Assembly (NCBI GenBank): GCA_965213725.1
Contig: OZ243924.1
Location: 1,072,716 to 1,136,715, forward strand
Source: Dehalococcoidia bacterium
GTDB lineage: Bacteria; Chloroflexota; Dehalococcoidia; Lucifugimonadales; UBA3495
DNA length: 64,000 bases
Reading direction: 5' to 3'
Part shown: positions 26,274 to 34,945 of the stretch, in pieces
Layout: each line of letters starts with the position of its first letter
Numbering within the stretch: the first letter of the stretch is position 1
Translations under genes and position numbers: made by a program
Notes under the pieces: generated by a model
What the model saw: only the letters and a program-made list of their open reading frames with translations
What the model was told of the DNA's origin: nothing
Databases searched by the model: none

Positions 26274-26659
26274 TCCGGGAAATCCCCTCTCCAGGAGGGC
26301 GAGGGCGCGCCCTTGCGGAGGTAACGGACTGCCCTTTTGGAAAGCAGACAAGATTGGCGAGGATCAAGCGGCTGCGCAAGGGTTAGGCGGGTGTGGCAAT
26401 GACCTAGCGTGATGCTGCCGCAAGCATGGCGGAGTTGGGCAATGGCCGCAATGACGCCTGAAGAGCGTTGCGCGCGCTTGGAGACTCGCCAAGAGAACGC
26501 GGCAGCCAAATAAGGCTTGACCAATCCCGAAACCCGTCTGATTAAGCGGCTGGCGGGTTTGATGATTGCCGCAACTGCTTTCGCAACCCTGATCGAGCGA
26601 ATCAGTTAACAGACTGCTGGCCCGGTTCTGTTGCATTTTGCGGGGTAGTGGCAGTATTG

Positions 26660-28217
26660 TCACTCCCCACGGTTCCTTGACGCTATCAGTTCCGTCTGGT
26701 CGCCAATCCGCCCGCCCCGGCGCCGGTAGCCGTACTGCGGAAGGTTCAAGGGTTTCCCAGCCAGCAGGTTTTCTACGCTGAATCCCTGTATCACCGGGTA
26801 GGTGTCAGAATCGTCGTGGAACGTGGCCCTGCTGCGCTGGTTCTCCACTGTCCGCATAAACCGGCCAAAGCATACCATCACGCCGGCGGTGGCGCCGAAA
26901 TCATCAACACTGGTCTTCAACGCCCGCACCGCGTCCGGCGTCACGTTGCCCCCCTTGACCTGGATGATGGCGAACTCCGGCGTTGGCTTTTTCCCTAGCC
27001 GGAAGGGGTAGAATTCCAATACCCCGTCCACCCCGCCATCGGCGCCCTTGCTTCCCGGTTCGTGAAACATCCCACTGGCTCCGATTGCCCCGCAAACCCA
27101 CTTCTCAAACTCGAACTTGTCCCGCTGGGCCAGTTGCTCGGCGCCAGGGACATTGACCGGCACGCCCCGCACCAGCACGTCGTCGGTGGTCAGATGCTCA
27201 AAGTTGCGCAGTATCCGCTCCCTGACCAGCCCGATGGAGAAGGCTGATATGTCAATTCCAATCCAGCGGCGGCCCAGCCGCTCAGCGGCGTGTACCGCCG
27301 TGCCGCAACCGCAAAATGGATCCAGCACCAAGCCGTCTGGCGGGGAGGATGCGGCAATCACCCGCTCCAATAGGGCCAATGGCTTTTGCGTGGGGTAGCC
27401 AAGATGTTCTTTCGCCCATGGCAGCAAGCTATGATGCACAAAGACATCATCCGGGAGCTTTCCTTTGTCATAATCTCTTTCTGAACCGTCAGCCCGCTTT
27501 TGCCCGGAATCCCATTTGTGCTCGACTCTGACCTCATCCACGTTGAAGACGTAGCCTTTGGGCTTTTTGGAATAGAATAGCAGGACATCGTGTTTGCGCG
27601 CCCACCGTTTTTTTGATGCTCCGCCGCCGCTGTAATACCAGATAAACTCGTTCTGGAAGCTGGCCTTTCCAAAGATGACGTCCATAACGAGTTTGAGGTA
27701 GTGGCTGGCGGTAGGGTCACAGTGCAGGTAAATGGAACCCGTACCGGCCAGCACCCGGCGCATCGGGATTAGCCGCGCCGCCATGTTGAGCAGGTAAGCG
27801 TCCAGCCGGTACTTGCGGGTTTTGCCCCCCCCCGTTTATGTCAACTCGCTGCGCCAAGCGCACAATGTCGGCCAGCAACCGGGTGTGGGGGCCTGCCGAC
27901 AACTCCCACAGCAACTCGTCCTCTTTCGGCCCCCACGTCCAAGTATCGTTGAACGCCTCTGCCGGGCGGGCATCCCGGTCTTTGCCCTTGAAGGGCAGGT
28001 TCTAGTGACTGTTGGAGTTGAAAGGCGGGTCTAGGTAAATCAGGTCAACGGAACCCGTCGGTAGGGCCAGTTCGTCCTTCAGGACATTCAGGCAGTCGTC
28101 GGCGTACAGGAGTCGGTTCACGGCGCAACCTCTCCAGTCTGGTATGTACATATCTACGCCGATTTTATACTGGAAGCTGGCAAGGGCGTCAATTCGCAGG
28201 GTAGGCCCGCTAGCCAC
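26660..28217 (-). pseudogene. beta-class N4/N6 DNA methyltransferase fused to an Mrr-like PD-(D/E)xK nuclease domain; disrupted
   Basis: DLIYLDPPFNSNSH then in-frame TAG at 28002-28004. Frame changes at the G9 tract at 27825-27833 (..VDINGGG|KTRKYRLDAYLLNMAARL..). Downstream: GSIYLHCDP, DPFCGCGT, then ADGGVDGVLEF...AIIQVKGG. The probable start is ATG 28151. Confidence 0.8.
27825..27833 (-). repeat. G9 homopolymer at the methyltransferase frameshift site
   Basis: Nine consecutive C on the plus strand. Eight would join the two reading frames. Confidence 0.9.
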
Positions 28218-28308
28218 TACCCCGCAAAATGCAACAGAACCGCTGGCCCTTGTGAGTGCCCCGCCGCATTGGACTTGTATGGCGGCGGGGTTTTATAGCT
28301 GAGGGAAG

Positions 28309-28381
28309 TACCCCTGGAGGGACTCGAACCCCCGACGCGCGACTTAGGACGCCGCCGCTCTATCCTCTGAGCTACAGGGGC
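28309..28381 (-). tRNA. tRNA-Arg (anticodon CCU)
   Basis: Manual fold of the reverse complement: GCCCCTG-TA-GCTC-AGAGGATA-GAGC-G-GCGGC-GTCCTAA-GTCGC-GCGTC-GGGGG-TTCGAGT-CCCTC-CAGGGGT-A. It has a G1-U72 wobble and no encoded CCA. Confidence 0.8.
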
Positions 28382-28401
28382 ATGACACAGCATCAGATAC
28401 C

Positions 28402-28430
28402 AGCATCCCAAAAGGCCGGTTGCCTGTCAA
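28402..28430 (-). promoter_or_regulatory. possible sigma70-type promoter for tRNA-Arg
   Basis: On the minus strand: TTGACA, a 17-nt spacer, then GATGCT. It ends about 20 nt upstream of the tRNA 5' end. Confidence 0.3.
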
Positions 28431-28498
28431 GGGGCTTGCCGAAGCCTCCGTCCCTTTCCGATTCCAACCCCGCCGTTACCGGCTTTTGGCGTCCGCCC

Positions 28499-28523
28499 GT
28501 CATTGCGGCGAAAGCAGTAATCC
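28499..28523 (+). repeat. REP-like palindromic unit (family B), degenerate copy
   Basis: gtcattgcggcgaaagcagtaatcc compares with gtcattcccgcgaaggcgggaaccc at 16610. A ccgtattccc motif follows, as in the 16.6 kb copy. Confidence 0.6.
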
Positions 28524-28661
28524 GGCGCTGTACACGGCAAGGACTTTCCGTATTCCCCCTTGCCCCGTATTCCCGAATATCGGTGAGTGGCGGAGTGACT
28601 TTGGAGAGGCTATGGACGCCTCCAACGAACCGCAGGGCAACGAACCGCCGGGCGGCTGCGC

Positions 28662-29966
28662 TCATTCCAAGCGCCGGATGCGCGGCAGGGCGACGGCTGA
28701 GATGACGCTGATGGAGGCCAGCGCCGCGCCGTTTACCAGCAGCGCCCCCGGAGCGCCCACGGCCCCGGCCAAGGCCCCCACGCCCACGTGGCCCACCGGA
28801 GCGAATCCTATGCTGAGCACCCACGATCCCATAGCCCGCCCCCGTTCCTCATCGGACACCGCGTCCTGCATCAGGGTCTTATAGAGGGTGTCAACGGCCA
28901 TGGCGCAGGCGTTGACCAGCAGCAGCACCCCGATGAAGGAGTAGATGTTGTTCGTCAGGGAGAAGGCCATCAGCCCGGCGCCGAAACCGGCCGCTGTGAC
29001 AAACATCATCAGCCCCTTCTTCCTGACTCCCCCCAGTCCGGCCAGCACCCACAGCCCCAGCAGTCCCCCGCCTTGGCGGGAGGCGGTCATAACGCCCAGC
29101 CCGGCGGGGCCGACGTGAAGCACCTCCTTGGCGAACACCGGCAGCAGGGTCATGTGCGTGAAGCCGAGTATTTCGGTGGCCGCCGTCAGCAGCATGAGGG
29201 CCAGCAGCAGCCGGTAGTTCCGCAGCAGCCGGACGTATCCCGTCAGGTTTCGCAGCACCGACGCAGCGGCAGGCCGCAAGGAGCGGCCGGTGTCTCCTAT
29301 CGTCAGGGTCGCCGCCGCAGACAGCAGGTAGCATACCGCCGCCGCCGCGAACTGCCAGCCGGCGCCCGCGGCCTCGATCACCGCCCCGGAGACCAGCGAA
29401 CCGGCGATTCCTCCGCCCTGCATGGCCATGGCTCCCAAGGCCAGCCCGTTCAGGGCATACTCCGGGCCTACGATGTCGTAGGTGAAGGTTTGCCGGACGG
29501 TTAGGACAAAAGCGAAAGCGCCGCCCAAGCCGGCAACCAGGGCTATGATTGCCCAGACGTTCTCCAGGCCGCCCAGCAGCAGCAGGGCCATAATCAAGGC
29601 AACGGCGGCCGCTCCCAGCGTGCCTCCCTGAAGCAGCGCCCGCCGCTCCCAGCGGTCGGCGATGGCCCCGGACAGCAGCCCCAGCAGGAAGAAGGGCAGC
29701 ATACGGGCCGCGGCCCCCACGCCCACCATCAGCTCCGAGCCGGTCAGCTCGAAGATGAGCCAGCCGACCGACACCTGCTCCATCCCCGTCGCCAGGGAGT
29801 AGAGAAGGGTGGAGGCCCACAGCAGGCGGAAGTCCCTGATGCGGAGGGAGACTGCCCAGTTCCTGATACCGCTCACAATGCCCGATGATACACCTTGCGT
29901 TGAGAGTGTGCGCAATAAATCCGCTCCCCTTATAGGGAGCCGGAGCAATGGCGGACTCCCGCGCAT
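28662..29966 (-). CDS. MFS transporter
   Basis: About 12 hydrophobic segments. Contains IRDFRLLWAST and GAIADRWERR, typical of the MFS_1/EntS-like N-terminus. The start codon is uncertain. Confidence 0.8.
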   Translation of the reverse strand: MRGSPPLLRLPIRGADLLRTLSTQGVSSGIVSGIRNWAVSLRIRDFRLLWASTLLYSLATGMEQVSVGWLIFELTGSELMVGVGAAARMLPFFLLGLLSGAIADRWERRALLQGGTLGAAAVALIMALLLLGGLENVWAIIALVAGLGGAFAFVLTVRQTFTYDIVGPEYALNGLALGAMAMQGGGIAGSLVSGAVIEAAGAGWQFAAAAVCYLLSAAATLTIGDTGRSLRPAAASVLRNLTGYVRLLRNYRLLLALMLLTAATEILGFTHMTLLPVFAKEVLHVGPAGLGVMTASRQGGGLLGLWVLAGLGGVRKKGLMMFVTAAGFGAGLMAFSLTNNIYSFIGVLLLVNACAMAVDTLYKTLMQDAVSDEERGRAMGSWVLSIGFAPVGHVGVGALAGAVGAPGALLVNGAALASISVISAVALPRIRRLE

Positions 29967-29975
29967 CCCAATTAT

Positions 29976-30006
29976 CCCCTCTTGCGGAGAAGGGTTGGGG
30001 TGGAAG
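29976..30006 (+). repeat. dispersed hairpin plus G-rich element (family A)
   Basis: cccctcttgcggagaagggttggggtggaag lies in the divergent intergenic region. Confidence 0.55.
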
Positions 30007-30070
30007 TGAAACCCGGCGCGCCTAAAGTGTTATTATTGGCCTGCGACTGCCCGGCACAGGAGGTATTGAT

Positions 30071-31087
30071 ATGCCGTTCGGGAATAATGACTGGCTGGCT
30101 CTCACCCGGGAAGAACCGCTCGAACCGGAAATCCCGCTGTGCGATCCGCACCACCATTTCTGGGATGGACGGTTGCAGAGCATCCCCTACCAGCGATACC
30201 TGCTCCACGAGCTTATGGCCGACCTGAACTCCGGCCACAACGTCCGCTCTACGGTGTTCCTAGAAGCCCGCTCGATGTACCGGGCCTCGGGGCCGGAGGA
30301 ACTGAGGCCCGTGGGCGAGGTGGAGTTCGTGCAGGGACTGGCCGCGGCCAGCGCCAGCGGCGTCTACGGCGAAGCGAGGGCCGCCGCCGCCATCATCGGC
30401 GCCGCCGACCTCAAGCTGGGCGACGGCGTGGCCCGGGTGCTGGAGGCCCTACAAGCGGCCAGCCCCAACCGCTTCCGCGGCATACGCCACAACGTCACCT
30501 GGAGCCCGGATCCGGAAATTGATAACCGCGAAACGCCGGGCGTTCTGTCCAGCGACTCCTTCCGCGCCGGGGCGAGGGCGCTGGCCCGCATGGGCCTGTC
30601 GCTGGACATTATGCTGTCCTTCCCGCAGCTCGGCGAGGTGGCCGAATTCGCCCAAGCCGTTCCCGAAGCGTCCATCATCCTCAACCACCTGGGCGGCGTC
30701 AGCCGGACGGGGCTCTACGCCGGAAAGGATGGCGAAATCATCCCGGCCTGGCGCGAGGGTATCGCGGCGGTGGCCCGGAACCCCAACGTCACCTGCAAGC
30801 TGGGCGGGATGGGGATGCCCCGCTGGGGGTTCGATTGGCCCTACCGGAACGTACCCATCGGCTCCGAAGAGCTGGCCGAGGCAATGGCGCCGTGGATGAA
30901 CTACGCCATCGAGCAGTTCGGGCCGTCCCGCTGTATGTTCGAGAGCAACTTCCCGCCGGACAAGGTGTCCTTCTCATACAACGTTATGTACAACGCTTTC
31001 AAGCGCCTCTCTCAGGGTTACAGCGCCAGCGAGAGGGCCGATATGCTCCACGACACGGCGGTCAGGGTCTACCGCATCGAAACGTAA
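30071..31087 (+). CDS. amidohydrolase-2 (TIM-barrel metal-dependent hydrolase) family protein
   Basis: CAGGAGG RBS. N-terminal LCDPHHHFWD metal motif. ILNHLGG in the C-terminal half. Confidence 0.8.
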   Translation: MPFGNNDWLALTREEPLEPEIPLCDPHHHFWDGRLQSIPYQRYLLHELMADLNSGHNVRSTVFLEARSMYRASGPEELRPVGEVEFVQGLAAASASGVYGEARAAAAIIGAADLKLGDGVARVLEALQAASPNRFRGIRHNVTWSPDPEIDNRETPGVLSSDSFRAGARALARMGLSLDIMLSFPQLGEVAEFAQAVPEASIILNHLGGVSRTGLYAGKDGEIIPAWREGIAAVARNPNVTCKLGGMGMPRWGFDWPYRNVPIGSEELAEAMAPWMNYAIEQFGPSRCMFESNFPPDKVSFSYNVMYNAFKRLSQGYSASERADMLHDTAVRVYRIET

Positions 31088-31089
31088 AT

Positions 31090-31123
31090 CTCCTCTCCCA
31101 CCGGGGGAAGGTTAAGGCGGGAG
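31090..31123 (+). repeat. dispersed hairpin plus G-rich element (family A)
   Basis: ctcctctccc-accg-ggggaaggttaaggcgggag fills the 42-nt gap between two genes. Confidence 0.65.
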
Positions 31124-31129
31124 ACTTCC

Positions 31130-32668
31130 ATGAAGTACGACGTCATCATCGTGGGAGCCGGCTCGGCGGGCTGCGTGCTGGCTAACCGGCTGTCGGAAGA
31201 CCCCGGCCGCTCCGTGCTGCTGCTGGAGGCCGGGCCGGACTACCCGGAACGCCTGCCCGGCGAGCTGAAGTACGATATGAACCAAGCCGCCTCGGAAGAG
31301 GGCGCGGCCCACAACTGGTCGCTGGCGGGCCAGTCCACGCCCCAGCAGCCGCGCCCGCTCCACGTGGCCCGGGGGCGGGTGACCGGCGGCAGCAGCGCCA
31401 TCAACCACCAGATCGTGCTGCGCGGGATGCCCGAGGACTTCGACGCTTGGGCCGCGGCGGGCAACGACCAGTGGAGCTACCTGAAGACGCTGCCCTACTT
31501 CCGCAAGCTGGAAAGCGACGCGGACATCCAAGACGACTTCCACGGCTCCGGCGGCCCCATCCCGGTGTGGCGTCATCCCCGGGAAAACTGGCTGCCCCTG
31601 CAAGAAGCCTTTTACCAAGCCTGCCGGGACGCGGGCTTCCCGGACGACCCGGATATGAACCACCCCGAGGCCGCCGGGGTGGGGCAAATGCCCCTGAACA
31701 ACCCCGGCGGGGTGCGGATGAGCACGGCAATCACCTACCTGGACGCCTGCCGCCACCGCCTGAACCTCACCATCCGGCCCAACGCACTGGCGAGGCGCGT
31801 CGTGTTCGATGCCGGTTCAACCGGCCCGCCCAGAGCGGTCGGGGTCGAGGTGGACAGCGGGGGCGAGGCATTCATCGTCGAGGGTGAGGAGATCATCCTC
31901 AGCGCCGGGGCCATTCACTCGCCGCACCTGCTGCTGCTGTCGGGCGTGGGGCCGGCCAAAGAGCTGCGTCCGCTGGGAATCCGGCCCGTGGCCGACCTGC
32001 CGGGCGTGGGTCGCGGCATGAAGAACCATCCCTCGGTCTCCATCGTGTTCCGCTCGCATCCCGAAAGCCGTCTTGCGCCGGACGCGCCCCGGAACCAGGT
32101 CGGCCTGCGCTTCACCGCCGAGGGTTCCGACAGGCGCAATGACATACAGGTGCAGCCGACAACGTCGTACCCGGAAAGCGCGGAGCCGCCGGATATTCGT
32201 TTTGGCTGCCGCATAGAATACCCCTACAGCGAGGGCCTGCTGACCCTCGCATCCGCCGACGTGACGGAGCAGCCGCGCCTTGACTTCCGATTCCTCACCG
32301 ATCCCAGAGACACCGAACGGTTCAGGGACGCGGTGCGGCGGACGGTCAGGATATTGGAGCATCCGGCCTTCAACGGGCTGCTGGCGGAGCGGCTGTCGCC
32401 CGCCGCCGCCGACCTGTCCGATGACGATGCGCTGGATGCCTGGCTCCGGCGGAACGCGGGCATCGCCGGGCATCAGTCGGTCACCTGCAAGATGGGCCCT
32501 GCATCCGACCCGGCGGCGGTGGTAGACCAGTATTGCCGCGTCCACGGCCTCGCCGGGCTGCGGGTCATTGACGCCTCGGCCATGCCCGACATCGTGCGGG
32601 CCAACACCAACGCCACCGTCATTATGATGGCGGAGCGGGCCGCCGACTTCATCCGGGAGGGCCGGTAA
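31130..32668 (+). CDS. GMC-family (choline dehydrogenase-like) FAD oxidoreductase
   Basis: YDVIIVGAGSAGCVLANRLSED...GGSSAINHQ...GAIHSPHLLLLSGVGP...HQSVTCKMG. Confidence 0.9.
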   Translation: MKYDVIIVGAGSAGCVLANRLSEDPGRSVLLLEAGPDYPERLPGELKYDMNQAASEEGAAHNWSLAGQSTPQQPRPLHVARGRVTGGSSAINHQIVLRGMPEDFDAWAAAGNDQWSYLKTLPYFRKLESDADIQDDFHGSGGPIPVWRHPRENWLPLQEAFYQACRDAGFPDDPDMNHPEAAGVGQMPLNNPGGVRMSTAITYLDACRHRLNLTIRPNALARRVVFDAGSTGPPRAVGVEVDSGGEAFIVEGEEIILSAGAIHSPHLLLLSGVGPAKELRPLGIRPVADLPGVGRGMKNHPSVSIVFRSHPESRLAPDAPRNQVGLRFTAEGSDRRNDIQVQPTTSYPESAEPPDIRFGCRIEYPYSEGLLTLASADVTEQPRLDFRFLTDPRDTERFRDAVRRTVRILEHPAFNGLLAERLSPAAADLSDDDALDAWLRRNAGIAGHQSVTCKMGPASDPAAVVDQYCRVHGLAGLRVIDASAMPDIVRANTNATVIMMAERAADFIREGR

Positions 32669-32705
32669 ACGCTCTCCCCGACGGCGGCATCCTTTAGGAG
32701 TAACT

Positions 32706-33728
32706 ATGTCCCTCCCCGATTCCGGCCGGTTCAATTTGACCGCCGATATGCCCATCTGCCGCATCCTGAACGGGATGTGGCAGGTATCCGGCGCCCACGG
32801 CCCCATCGAGCCAAAGGCGGCGCTCCGCAATATGTTTGACTACCTGGACGCCGGGTTCACTACCTGGGATCTGGCTGACCACTATGGCCCGGCGGAAGAC
32901 TTCATCGGCGAGTTCCGGCGGCAGTTGGCGTCGGCGCGAGGCGAGGAGGCCCTGTCCGGGATACAGGCGTTCACCAAGTGGGTGCCCCGGCCCGGGCCGA
33001 TGACGCGGCCGGTGGTAGAAGGCAGCATAGACATCTCCCGCCGCCGCATGGGAATGGAGCGGCTGGACCTGTTGCAATTCCACTGGTGGGACTATCGGGA
33101 CAGCCGCTACCTGGACGCCCTGTCCCACTTGGCCGACCTGCGGGACGAGGGCAAGGTTCGTGAAGTGGCGCTGACCAACTTCGACACGCAACGGATGCAG
33201 GACATCGCCGGACATGGCCTTCCGGTGGTGTCGAACCAGGTGCAGTATTCCCTGATTGACCGGCGCCCCGAAGCGGCTATGGCCCGGTTCTGCCAGTCCC
33301 GCGGAATCAAGCTGCTGGCCTACGGGACGCTCTGCGGCGGCCTTTTGTCTGACCGCTGCCTCGGCCGGCCGGAACCCTCGCCCGGCTCCCTCAACACCGC
33401 CAGCCTGCGCAAGTACAAGCAGATGATTGACGCCTGGGGCGGCTGGGGGCTGTTCCAGCAACTGCTTTCGACCTTGCGGACAGTCGCCGACAAGCACAAA
33501 GCCACCATCGCCAACGTTGCTGTGAAGTATGTCCTCGACCGTCCCGCCGTTGCGGGCGTCATCGTCGGCGCCAGGCTGGGCGTGGCGGATCACATCGGCG
33601 GCAACGCCCGGGCTTTCGGGGTCAGCTTGGACGCTGACGACCTGGAGGTCATCGAAGCCGTCCTGTCGCAGTCGAGGGATCTCTACCGCCTTATCGGCGA
33701 CTGCGGCGACGAATACCGGCGGCGGTAG
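32706..33728 (+). CDS. aldo/keto reductase
   Basis: AGGAG RBS. Contains TWDLADHYGPAEDFIGEF...LDLLQFHWWD...VALTNFD...NQVQYSL. Confidence 0.9.
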   Translation: MSLPDSGRFNLTADMPICRILNGMWQVSGAHGPIEPKAALRNMFDYLDAGFTTWDLADHYGPAEDFIGEFRRQLASARGEEALSGIQAFTKWVPRPGPMTRPVVEGSIDISRRRMGMERLDLLQFHWWDYRDSRYLDALSHLADLRDEGKVREVALTNFDTQRMQDIAGHGLPVVSNQVQYSLIDRRPEAAMARFCQSRGIKLLAYGTLCGGLLSDRCLGRPEPSPGSLNTASLRKYKQMIDAWGGWGLFQQLLSTLRTVADKHKATIANVAVKYVLDRPAVAGVIVGARLGVADHIGGNARAFGVSLDADDLEVIEAVLSQSRDLYRLIGDCGDEYRRR

Positions 33729-33760
33729 GCGTGCGGCAAAGCCCGCCCTCCCATGGCGGT

Positions 33761-34321
33761 TTATCCCACCGGCAGCACCGGCTCGGTGCGGTCGCCGGGA
33801 AGGTCAACCTCAAAGGCGTTCAGGAAGAAGGCGGTCTGCGCGTAGTGGCCCATCAGCGCGGTCAGCTCGACGAGGTGCTGCGTCCCGAACTGTTCGAGGG
33901 CAATCTGGAAGGTTGACGCCGATACCCGGTGGTTGTTGTAGAACTCGTTGCAGAAGTTGACGATGGCCTGCTCGTCCGCTGCCATGTATGGCAGGGGCTG
34001 CCGATCCCGTAGGGCGTCTATGATGGCGTCGCTGACGCCTGCCTTTCGCGCGTCCCCGGCGTGGGCGTTCCAGATGTAGGGGCAGTCGAAGTGCCGGGCA
34101 GTCGCCAGGATCGCCAGCTCCTGTATCCGTTTGGGGAAGGCGCTCTCGAAGCGCAAATAGGACGTGAGATGAGCGCGCCGCCGGGCCATCTCCGGGCTGT
34201 TGATGGTGATGGAGTTGGGGCCTCCGCTGATGGTTCCCCCGGTGTCCTTGGTCAGTTCGTCGAACGCTTCCCTGAATTCCTCCGGCACCATGTCCCGGGA
34301 GACTATGGGTACTCTAGCCAT
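33761..34321 (-). CDS. carboxymuconolactone decarboxylase (AhpD-like) family protein
   Basis: ATG at 34321 (MARVPIV). Contains ELAILATARHFDCPYIWNAHAGDARKAG. Confidence 0.8.
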   Translation of the reverse strand: MARVPIVSRDMVPEEFREAFDELTKDTGGTISGGPNSITINSPEMARRRAHLTSYLRFESAFPKRIQELAILATARHFDCPYIWNAHAGDARKAGVSDAIIDALRDRQPLPYMAADEQAIVNFCNEFYNNHRVSASTFQIALEQFGTQHLVELTALMGHYAQTAFFLNAFEVDLPGDRTEPVLPVG

Positions 34322-34398
34322 GATTACCCCCGTTATACAATCGTGATACCCGATTCTATCATCTAGCGGTGACGGTTCCATAGAAGGGCCTCATAGCC

Positions 34399-34750
34399 GG
34401 TATTCTCAACATAAGGCGTAATAGAGTTATAATAGCGGCAAGCCGGTTGCAGGAGGCAGGATGATGGCCCGTCCCCCAAGCTCAACGCCACGGCCTCCGT
34501 TGCCCGGACTGTGGCTCCAACCGGAGGGCCAAGCATGGCTTCAATCAAGGGATGCAACGCTACCGTTGCGGGGACTGCGGCCGACGCTATCACGACCGGC
34601 GGGGCGTACCGCCGGCCCGGAGCGGCGGTCAAGGAGCGGGCCTTGCCGATGTATGCCAAAGGGAACAGTCTGAGGGTCATCGGGCGGGTGCTGGGGTACA
34701 GCGCCCCGGCGGTGCTGGGGTGGGTGAAAAAAGGGGACGCCAGGCCCTGA
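34399..34750 (+). mobile_element. truncated IS1-family remnant (left end plus frameshifted insA, no insB)
   Basis: The end sequence ggtattctcaacat matches the first 10 nt of the copy 1 terminus (right-end complement). AGGAGG-ATG at 34461, then CPDCGSN..YRCGDCG and the HTH (VKERALPMYAKGNSLRVIGRVLGYS) fall in three different frames. Confidence 0.6.
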
Positions 34751-34813
34751 GCCTGTTGCAGGAGCGGAACCGGCAGCGCACCGAGGGAAAGGCGGGCCGT
34801 CGTCCGGCGAAGG

Positions 34814-34844
34814 AAAAGGCCCCAGGCGCGCCTAGGGCCTTTTC
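34814..34844 (+). terminator. hairpin terminator-like structure
   Basis: AAAAGGCCC-caggcgcgccta-GGGCCTTTT followed by c. Confidence 0.45.
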
Positions 34845-34945
34845 TCTGAGGGGAATCTCTGAAATATCCCCCTTCCCTGGGAGGCGGTAGAGCCTGCCTC
34901 AGCGAAAGCGTGGGGGATGGCGTTCCCCCTGCCCGGCCGGACCCC

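Noticed and set aside
26306-26659. A roughly 350-bp non-coding gap between hemB and the MTase pseudogene was searched for an island boundary (a repeat of the tRNA-Arg 3' end), an integrase remnant or a small gene.
   Set aside because: No convincing copy of the tRNA 3' segment was found. The only resemblance, cccctctccaggaggg, belongs to the family A repeat. There is no ORF with an RBS or motif, and the ORFs 26228-26524 and 26364-26663 look spurious. The region remains unassigned.
27999-28004. In-frame TAG codons in otherwise readable genes (the MTase at 28002-28004 and the IS1 insAB frame at 47679-47681) raised the idea of TAG recoding or stop-codon reassignment.
   Set aside because: TAG is the evident terminator of at least ten well-delimited genes here, including the protease, the asparaginase-like gene, the RidA-like gene, the sirC-like gene, hemB, the cupin and the VOC protein. 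It is followed by terminators or by the next ribosome binding site. The two internal TAGs sit in genes that also carry frameshifts, so they are ordinary nonsense mutations.
28217-28411. A 64-aa ORF on the minus strand.
   Set aside because: It is the translation of the tRNA-Arg gene and its flanks (..VAQRIERRR.. corresponds to the tRNA T and D arms). It is not a protein gene.
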